From the NCBI GenBank assembly GCA_017625935.1, contig JAGALA010000015.1, positions 7,696 to 71,695 of the forward strand: DNA of 64,000 nucleotides, in the 5' to 3' direction. The DNA is from Clostridia bacterium (GTDB lineage: Bacteria > Bacillota > Clostridia > Oscillospirales > CAG-272). Both the position numbers and the translations under genes were made by a program. Positions 57,159-64,000 of the stretch are shown here, one piece after another; position 1 is the stretch's first letter; every line of letters starts with the position of its first letter. The notes under the pieces are model-generated. The model was not told the DNA's origin and did not search any database. It worked only from the letters and a program-made list of their open reading frames with translations.

Positions 57159-58160
57159 ATGGTAGTTAACGTCAAAGATATGTCGGGCTTGGTTTTCGGC
57201 GTGCCGAATTTTGAAAAAACAAGAACCTTTGAGCGCGTGCCAGCACAGGTGCGCGAAAAAATACCGTCCCTTTCATTCCTCGGCAGGCGCACGCCCGGGG
57301 CAAGGGTTTGCTTTAGGACCGCGTCCCCTTGGTTCAAAATCATAATGGAGCTTGAAACGCTCTCAATAGATATCGGAATGTCGATTTATTCCGCCCAGAG
57401 TGCGCACGTTTATCTTGGCAACCGCCAAAGCGCACGCTTTTTGGGGCTTGTGAATCCGCCAAATTATGAAACCAAAAAATTTGAGAGAACCTTCAAAAAA
57501 GGCGAGGGCGTGGATGAAATTACGGTCTTTTTGGTGCGAAACGAGATAATAAAGTCCGTTGAAATTGAGGTTGAGGACGGCTACACCGTAGATTTACCCA
57601 CACCGTATAAATACGAGAAGCCCGTTTTGTTCTACGGCTCGTCAATTACCGAGTGCGCACATGCCGCAAACCCGTGCGCCTCGTATATAAACCTCTCATC
57701 ACGCCATCTTGATTTTGACTATATTAATTTCGGATTTTCGGGCAGCTGTCTTGCAGAGGACGAAATGGCGGAGTATATAAACACGCTTGATTTTTCCGTT
57801 TTCGTTTACGATTACGATCACAATTCACCAAACCCCGAGTATCTTGAAAGGACACACGAGAAGTTTTATAAAAAAATCAGAGCTGCGCATCCCACCGTGC
57901 CGATTGTGATGATTTCGCGCCCTGTTGCTGTTTTTGATGATGACGCGCGCAAACGGCGCGATATCATAAAGGCAACGTACGAAAATGCGCTTAAAAATGG
58001 GGACAAAAACGTATATTTTGTTGACGGAGAGCTGTTTTTTAAGGACTTTTCAGACAGAAACGTCTGCTTTACGGATACAATTCACCCGACGGACTTGGGA
58101 TTTTATATAATGGCGCGACAAATTGAGCCTGTCATTCAAAGGGCGTTGACACAGGCGTAA
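57159..58160 (+). CDS. SGNH/GDSL hydrolase
   Basis: FYGSSIT, NFGFSG, YDHN, DTIHP. Confidence 0.88.
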   Translation: MVVNVKDMSGLVFGVPNFEKTRTFERVPAQVREKIPSLSFLGRRTPGARVCFRTASPWFKIIMELETLSIDIGMSIYSAQSAHVYLGNRQSARFLGLVNPPNYETKKFERTFKKGEGVDEITVFLVRNEIIKSVEIEVEDGYTVDLPTPYKYEKPVLFYGSSITECAHAANPCASYINLSSRHLDFDYINFGFSGSCLAEDEMAEYINTLDFSVFVYDYDHNSPNPEYLERTHEKFYKKIRAAHPTVPIVMISRPVAVFDDDARKRRDIIKATYENALKNGDKNVYFVDGELFFKDFSDRNVCFTDTIHPTDLGFYIMARQIEPVIQRALTQA

Positions 58161-58188
58161 AACCACAGTCAAAAACTAAGGAGAAAAA

Positions 58189-59430
58189 ATGACTAAGGTA
58201 AAAGGCAGGGTAAGAGCTATATCGTGGCTCTTATCCTTGGTATATTTTTCAAGCTATGTAATGCGGATAAACTTTACTGTTTTATTAGTAAAGGTTTGCT
58301 CCGAATTAGGAAAAGAAAAGGGCGAGCTTGCCGTAATTGTAACCGCCTTGACCGTCACCTACGGCATCGGGCAGATTGTGTGCGGCGTGCTTGGTGACAA
58401 AATAAAGCCGCGAATTATGATAAGCTGCGGTATTGCGCTTGCCGCGGTGTGCAATATTTCGTTTTTCTTTACGTCAAGCGTGTCTCTTATGACGGTGATT
58501 TGGGGCATAAACGGCTTTGCGCACGCAATGTTTTGGCCACCTATTGTGCGACTTATGTCCTTAAACCTCACCGATGCGGAATATTCGTATGCTTCTGTGC
58601 GCGTTACCTGGGGCTCGTCAATTGCAACAATTCTTTTGTATCTTTTGTGCCCCGTGCTGCTTCTTTTTATGAGCTGGCGTGTTATAATGCTGCTATGTGC
58701 CACGGTTGGACTTGCAATTATGGTTGTCTGGCTCATTTTTGCACCAAAGCTTTTTGAGTCAAAATCGTCAAATTTAGACACTCCCCCGCCTAAAATGCAA
58801 AAAACAGATGCAAAAAACGCACAAAAAGCACCAAAATACGTTATTTTGCCGCTTATTCTTATTATGATAGCAATTGTAATACAGGGTGCGCTTCGTGACG
58901 GAGTGACCACCTGGATGCCATCGTATCTGCACGAGGTTTTCTCACTCCCAGAGGAGTTTTCCATCTTTATAACGGTGATTCTGGCAATCTTCAGTATGAT
59001 AAGCTTTTCGGTATTTGATTTTGTAAACCGCCGCTTCTTTAAGGACGAAATTGCATCGAGCGTCTTTATTTTCGTCCTCGCCTCGGTCTTTGGCGTTTTA
59101 CTTTATTTTTCAAATATTTTTTCTCTTGCAATTCCGTCGGTTTTATTTATGTCACTGCTCGTTGCCTGTATGCACGGCTCAAACCTTATGCTCATTGCAA
59201 TTGCGCCGAAGCGCTTCAAGGGTACGGGCAAGGTGGCAACGTATTCGGGCATTATGAACGCCTGCACCTACGTTGGCGCGGCAGCCTCGATTTACATTTT
59301 CTCAGCAATTGCCGACTGGGGCGCAACAATAATAATTTGGGCAATAATAGCCATTTTGGCTTCGATAATTTGCTTTGCGGCAATCAAAAAATGGCGAAAA
59401 TTCAGAATAGAGTTTGATAAGGAGAACTAA
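58189..59430 (+). CDS. MFS transporter
   Basis: About 12 TM helices, YGIGQIVCGVLGDK motif A. Confidence 0.88.
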   Translation: MTKVKGRVRAISWLLSLVYFSSYVMRINFTVLLVKVCSELGKEKGELAVIVTALTVTYGIGQIVCGVLGDKIKPRIMISCGIALAAVCNISFFFTSSVSLMTVIWGINGFAHAMFWPPIVRLMSLNLTDAEYSYASVRVTWGSSIATILLYLLCPVLLLFMSWRVIMLLCATVGLAIMVVWLIFAPKLFESKSSNLDTPPPKMQKTDAKNAQKAPKYVILPLILIMIAIVIQGALRDGVTTWMPSYLHEVFSLPEEFSIFITVILAIFSMISFSVFDFVNRRFFKDEIASSVFIFVLASVFGVLLYFSNIFSLAIPSVLFMSLLVACMHGSNLMLIAIAPKRFKGTGKVATYSGIMNACTYVGAAASIYIFSAIADWGATIIIWAIIAILASIICFAAIKKWRKFRIEFDKEN

Positions 59431-59431
59431 A

Positions 59432-61591
59432 ATGAAAGCACAAGAAATTCTATCCAAAATGACACTTGAGGAAAAGATATATCATCTTGTCCAAATGACA
59501 ACAATGACGTACCTAAAGACGGACGGAACGAATATTGTAACAGGTCCTGACAGCACAATGAAGCTCGATAAGGAGTACATATACGACGTAGGCACGCTTC
59601 TTAACCTTGTTGGCGCGCAAACGATGATTGATGCACAAACCAACTTTCTAAACGGCAGTAAAAGAAAGGTGCCGCCCGTGTTTATGCAGGACGTTATCCA
59701 CGGGCACAGAACACTTTATCCGATAAACCTCGGCGTTGCCGCATCCTTTGACCCAAAGCTTGCCCATGATGTTGCGAAAATGGCGGCAAAGGAAGCATCG
59801 CTTGACGGTGTTGGCGTGACCTTTGCGCCAATGGTTGACCTCGTGCGTGATCCACGCTGGGGACGCGTTATGGAGTCAAGCGGAGAGGACCCGTATCTAA
59901 ACAGCCAAATGGCGAAGGCGACCGTTGAGGGCTACCAGGGCGATATGGGCAAATATAATATTGCAGCTTGCGTGAAGCACTTTGCAGCATACGGCGCTGC
60001 AGAGGCAGGCAGAGATTACAACACGGTTGACGTAAGTGAAAGAATGCTTCGCGAATATTACTTGCCTTCATATAAGGCGGCGGTTGATGCAGGAGTAAAG
60101 ATGGTTATGACCGCGTTTAATATTGTTGACAGCGTTCCTTGCTCAGGCAACAAGTGGCTTGTTAAGGACGTTTTGCGCGGTGAGTGGGGCTTTGACGGCG
60201 TAGTAATCAGCGATTATAGCGCGTTTGAGGAAATGATCGACCACGGCTACTGCGAGGACAAAAAGGAATGTGCATATAGGGCAATGGAGGCGACCTCCGA
60301 CATTGAAATGATGTCACCCTGCTATGCAAATCACCTAAAGGAGCTTGTCGAGGAGGGCAAAATCTCCGTCGAGCAAATCGATGCGGCAGTTTTGCGCGTG
60401 CTTAAATTAAAGGAAGAGCTTGGCGTGCTTGATAATCCCTACCGCTCGGTTAACGTAGAGGAAGCAAAGCGCGTACAGGTAGGACCTGAGCACAGGGCGA
60501 TTGCAAGATACGCGGCTGAAGAGAGCGCGGTGCTTCTTAAAAACAACTTCATTTTGCCGCTTTCAAAGGATATAAAGAGCGTTGCGGTTATCGGTCCAAA
60601 TGCCGATACAGGTGCAATCCACGGTGATTGGCCGTGCGGCGGTAAGGTTGACGAAACTATTACCGTTTTGGAGGGTGTAAAGAATATTGTCGGCGACAGA
60701 GCTGTATATGCAAAGGGCTGTAATATTGAATACGATTCAACCGATGAATCAATGATTGACGAGGCGGTAGAGGTGGCAAGGGAAGCCGATGCGGTAATTT
60801 TGTGCCTTGGCGAGCATCAAAGCTATTCAGGTGAGGGCAATTGCCGCACGAATATTGAAATTCCGCGCGTACAGTATAAGCTCCTTGACAAAATTTTAGA
60901 GGTAAACAAAAACGTAGTTGTTGCGCTTTTTACAGGCAGACCGCTTGCAATTTCCGAGCTTGACGAAAAAGCACCTGCAATTTTAAATATGTGGATGCCG
61001 GGCACAGAGGCGGGAAATGCAACCGCAAACCTTATTTTCGGCAACGCAAACCCATCGGGTAAGATAACAATGACATTCCCGCGCTCGCTCGGTCAAGTGC
61101 CGATTTATTATAACGCATTTAACACGGGCAGACCGAAGCTCCCCGAGTATGACTTCAACCGCGTGCGCTTCACCTCATCGTATCTTGATTCTCCAAACAG
61201 TCCGCTTTACCCATTCGGCTACGGTCTTTCATATACAGAGTTTGAGTATAGTGACCTTAAATTAAGCGCTGACACCTTAACCCGCGGCGGCAAAATTATC
61301 GCCTCGGCAAAGATAAAGAACGTGGGCAAATACAAGGGCAAAGAAGCGGTTCAGTTCTACATTCACGACCTTTTCGGCTCCGTTGTAAGACCTGTGAAGG
61401 AATTAAAGGGCTTTGAAAAAATCGAGCTTGACGTGGGTGAAGAGAAGACCGTCGAGTTTGAAATTACCGAAGAAACCTTGAAGTTCTGGACAAAGGATAT
61501 GAAATTCGAGGCGGAAAACGGCAAATTCGATGTGTTTATTGGTAAGAGCTCAGCTTGCAAGCCATTCGCAACCTTTGAGCTTGTTGACTAA
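59432..61591 (+). CDS. bglX: GH3 beta-glucosidase (BglX-like)
   Basis: DVIHG, RDPRWGRVMESSGEDP, KHFAAYG, VISDY nucleophile, PLYPFGYGLSYT, RPVKELKGF. Confidence 0.92.
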   Translation: MKAQEILSKMTLEEKIYHLVQMTTMTYLKTDGTNIVTGPDSTMKLDKEYIYDVGTLLNLVGAQTMIDAQTNFLNGSKRKVPPVFMQDVIHGHRTLYPINLGVAASFDPKLAHDVAKMAAKEASLDGVGVTFAPMVDLVRDPRWGRVMESSGEDPYLNSQMAKATVEGYQGDMGKYNIAACVKHFAAYGAAEAGRDYNTVDVSERMLREYYLPSYKAAVDAGVKMVMTAFNIVDSVPCSGNKWLVKDVLRGEWGFDGVVISDYSAFEEMIDHGYCEDKKECAYRAMEATSDIEMMSPCYANHLKELVEEGKISVEQIDAAVLRVLKLKEELGVLDNPYRSVNVEEAKRVQVGPEHRAIARYAAEESAVLLKNNFILPLSKDIKSVAVIGPNADTGAIHGDWPCGGKVDETITVLEGVKNIVGDRAVYAKGCNIEYDSTDESMIDEAVEVAREADAVILCLGEHQSYSGEGNCRTNIEIPRVQYKLLDKILEVNKNVVVALFTGRPLAISELDEKAPAILNMWMPGTEAGNATANLIFGNANPSGKITMTFPRSLGQVPIYYNAFNTGRPKLPEYDFNRVRFTSSYLDSPNSPLYPFGYGLSYTEFEYSDLKLSADTLTRGGKIIASAKIKNVGKYKGKEAVQFYIHDLFGSVVRPVKELKGFEKIELDVGEEKTVEFEITEETLKFWTKDMKFEAENGKFDVFIGKSSACKPFATFELVD

Positions 61592-61607
61592 AATTGTAAA
61601 CATAACC

Positions 61608-61644
61608 AAAAAGACAGAATTTCGTGCGAAATTCTGTCTTTTTT
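61608..61644. terminator. Bidirectional terminator
   Basis: AAAAAGACAGAATTTCG-TG-CGAAATTCTGTCTTTTT. Confidence 0.85.
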
Positions 61645-61696
61645 GTTTAATATGAAAATGCGAATGATTGCGGATTTTATGAATTGAAGTTTGCGA

Positions 61697-62047
61697 TTAT
61701 TTTGTAAGAAGCTCGTCGCTAAGCGCGATAATCTTTTCAGCATACTTCTTCTTGCGTGATTTCATAATTGCAAGGAAGATTGGGTAGTTTACTGAAACGA
61801 GCGCGATACCGATAACACCTATCACAATACCAAGCACCATAAGCGGAATGCCCGTGCCGATAACCTGCATTGCAAGGCACATGCCAAGACCGAGAATGAG
61901 TGATGCGATAATACCGAAGGTGTATGCAAAGATGTAGGCGGGAAGCTCTACGCGCTTGTTAAGTGCGATAAGCTCGTCGTACTTCGTTTTTGTTTTTGGC
62001 TCGTAGACCTCTTTGATTTGCTTTACTATTTTTTCTTTTTCTGACAT
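61697..62047 (-). CDS. Small 2-TM membrane protein
   Basis: Charged N-terminus, LILGLGMCLAM...GIVIGVIG...YPI, KKKYAEKIIALSDELL. Confidence 0.75.
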   Translation of the reverse strand: MSEKEKIVKQIKEVYEPKTKTKYDELIALNKRVELPAYIFAYTFGIIASLILGLGMCLAMQVIGTGIPLMVLGIVIGVIGIALVSVNYPIFLAIMKSRKKKYAEKIIALSDELLTK

Positions 62048-62090
62048 TGTTTTGTCCTCCGTTTTTGTTTTGTTTATTTTTTACGGTTAC

Positions 62091-62164
62091 ATTATATCGG
62101 CACATTGTTTTTGAATTTGCAAAGAATTGTAAGTGTTTTGTAAAAGAATGTTAAAATAACGTAA
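62091..62164 (-). promoter_or_regulatory. -10 box with upstream phased TTACA-like repeats
   Basis: Minus TATAAT at 62096-62091, poor -35, and TTGCA/TTACA/TTACA/TAACA/TTACG at 10-11 bp spacing. Confidence 0.5.
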
Positions 62165-62165
62165 A

Positions 62166-62194
62166 AGTGCGCGATTTTTCAAAAATCGCGCACT
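62166..62194 (-). terminator. Hairpin between the paralogous small membrane protein genes
   Basis: AGTGCGCGATTTTT-C-AAAAATCGCGCACT, followed by T's on the minus strand. Confidence 0.65.
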
Positions 62195-62221
62195 AATTTG
62201 TCTTGAAAAAATGTTTGTGCC

Positions 62222-62623
62222 TTAATTCGCACCCTCGTTGTTTTCACCGAGTAGCTCGCTTGACAGCTCCAAAATTCTTGCGCCGTACTTTTTCTTGCCC
62301 TTTTTCATTGAAAGAAGGTAAATCGGCATAGCAAGCGCGCAAGGGATGGCACCGATGAGCCCAACCAAAATGCCCCATAGGTATATTTGCCATTCAAGCA
62401 CCATTGTAAGTCCAAGCCCGAATATTAAAAGCCCGATTGTGCCAACCGAGATTGCAAGCGCCATAGCGGTGCTTTTTACCTTTTTGTCAAGGCGCACAAT
62501 TTCCTCGTAAGCACCCGCAGGCGTTTCCGCTTTAACGTCGTATTGTCCCTTGATGCTTGAAATCACGCGCTTTTGCTCCTCGCTTAAAGCGCGGTATGTG
62601 TATTCAAATTTATTCTCGTTCAT
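62222..62623 (-). CDS. Small 2-TM membrane protein, paralog of 61697-62047
   Basis: LIFGLGLTMVL...GILVGLIG...MPIY, KKKYGARILELSSELL. Confidence 0.75.
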   Translation of the reverse strand: MNENKFEYTYRALSEEQKRVISSIKGQYDVKAETPAGAYEEIVRLDKKVKSTAMALAISVGTIGLLIFGLGLTMVLEWQIYLWGILVGLIGAIPCALAMPIYLLSMKKGKKKYGARILELSSELLGENNEGAN

Positions 62624-63485
62624 TATTACTTCCTATATTATTATTTCGTTTGTTTTCAAGGACCACCATTACAATCATTGAAATGCCAAGTCCAAGCGTC
62701 AAGGCGCATACAACAGCACCCGTTGCCGCGTTAAATGCGCCCTTGTTCACTCCGTCACCGCCAAAGGTGTAGAGCAGAGAGGTTTGAAGCGTCAGAATTG
62801 AAACCGACGCGTCGGCAAGACCCACAAAGCGGAGCGCGCGTGTTGTGAGTGCATTTTTTCTTGATTTGAAAAAGCTGATTGTTGCCATTGTGATTTTGTA
62901 AAATGCGAATGCGGCGTAAGCATAAATCGTCCAGCCAAAGCGCACAAACGCAAGGTCCTTTGCAACCATCTGCCAAACCGCAAGGGACAGGAAAAAGGAA
63001 AGGAGCGTTAAAAGCGAAGCGCACCTTATGTAGCTTGCTAAGCTCTCTTTTTTTCGGCTGAGCAGCACGTCCGAGCGCATTCCAACCAGCAAAAGATGAT
63101 AAACGCCTATCGCGCCGTACCAAAGCGAGCGCGAAATTATTGCGATTACTATATTAAATACAGCGTATGAAATATTAAGTGCCAAGGATGCTGTCGATGT
63201 GATAAGCGTGCGAAAATCGTATTCGCTTGTGAATTTTTTTGTAAAGCCAAAGCGGTATATCGCTGCCATTATTCCTCTTTTTATTTTCGGCGTAAATCTG
63301 ACAACGGTGTAAACGGAGTAGCCAAGCAGGCAAGCGGCAATGCCGTAGGCAATGTAGGTTGGCACGCCGTCAATTTTCAAGCAGAGCAGGGTTATTGCGC
63401 CTGCGCACGCAAGCACGGTCAGAAAATAAATAAGGAAAATAAACCATATGCGCGGCTTTTTGAAAAGAAAGTCAATTATTTTCAT
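62610..63485 (-). CDS. Multi-pass membrane protein
   Basis: About 8 hydrophobic helices. Overlaps the kinase stop codon. Confidence 0.7.
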   Translation of the reverse strand: MKIIDFLFKKPRIWFIFLIYFLTVLACAGAITLLCLKIDGVPTYIAYGIAACLLGYSVYTVVRFTPKIKRGIMAAIYRFGFTKKFTSEYDFRTLITSTASLALNISYAVFNIVIAIISRSLWYGAIGVYHLLLVGMRSDVLLSRKKESLASYIRCASLLTLLSFFLSLAVWQMVAKDLAFVRFGWTIYAYAAFAFYKITMATISFFKSRKNALTTRALRFVGLADASVSILTLQTSLLYTFGGDGVNKGAFNAATGAVVCALTLGLGISMIVMVVLENKRNNNIGSNNERE

Positions 63486-64000
63486 TTTATTCTCACAGTA
63501 AAGGTCGTCCCCTTGCCAACCTCGCTCTTTACTGAAATTTCACCACCCAACGTGTCAATTACCCGCTTTACGAGTGCAAGCCCGAGCCCGTTGCCCTCGC
63601 CCGAGTGCGAGGTGTCGCCTTGATAAAATTTATCAAAGATGTGCTTGCCCGTCTCGGCGTCAATTCCGCAACCCGTGTCGCTCACCTCCACCGTGGCGTA
63701 GCCGTCCTCAAAGCGCGAGCGAACTCTTACCGTACCGCCGTTTTCGGTAAATTTTATCGCGTTTGAAATTAGGTTGTTCCAAACTATCTCAAGGTGGCTT
63801 TCCGATGAAACTATCGTCATTTCGTCAAGCTCACATTCAAGGTTGATTTCCTTTTTGTCAAGCTCGCTCTCAAAGGCAAGAATTGCGTTTGTTAATGCTT
63901 CGTCAAGGCGAAAAGCTTTTTTCTCAACGAGCAGCTCCTGATTTTCAAGCTTATTCAGCTTCAAAATATTGCCAACGAGGCTTGAAAGGCGGTTTGACGC
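63482..64000 (-). CDS. Sensor histidine kinase, C-terminal part (truncated by window edge)
   Basis: NLISNAIKF, DTGCGI, IFDKFYQGD, GNGLGLALV. The frame is open to the window end. Confidence 0.9.
   Translation of the reverse strand, partial: ASNRLSSLVGNILKLNKLENQELLVEKKAFRLDEALTNAILAFESELDKKEINLECELDEMTIVSSESHLEIVWNNLISNAIKFTENGGTVRVRSRFEDGYATVEVSDTGCGIDAETGKHIFDKFYQGDTSHSGEGNGLGLALVKRVIDTLGGEISVKSEVGKGTTFTVRIK

Noticed and set aside
61697-62623. Enzyme assignment for the small paralogs
   Set aside because: They are short 2-TM proteins with no catalytic or nucleotide-binding motif.

Overview
A 64 kb chromosomal segment from a Firmicute, inferred to be a gut/rumen-type Clostridia from its SigA promoters, T-box leader and many lipoproteins. 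No rRNA, tRNA, CRISPR-Cas, transposase or prophage genes were seen. It carries carbohydrate enzymes (GH95, GH29, GH2, GH3, two SGNH esterases, an MFS transporter, ribokinase) and housekeeping genes (pheST with T-box, ddl, murD, three M42 peptidases, a cysteine desulfurase, oadB, icd). It also carries a MoxR-DUF58-VWA operon ending in two Cys/His-rich lipoproteins, two further large surface lipoproteins built on Cys/His repeats, and two two-component loci. The most unusual signals are non-coding. (1) An HtrA-like gene lacks its catalytic triad, has an OmpR-type direct repeat upstream, and is followed by a tandem array of ~120-nt structured units carrying anti-Shine-Dalgarno plus anti-start-codon sequence, next to a two-component system. 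(2) Two different 'fixed linker + variable perfect mini-hairpin' arrays sit at the 3' ends of rbsK and icd. (3) A ~39-bp inverted repeat brackets the promoter and RBS of an AAA_14-type ATPase gene. (4) A 201-bp element is bounded by terminal inverted repeats. All functional calls come from motif recognition by eye; no searches were run.
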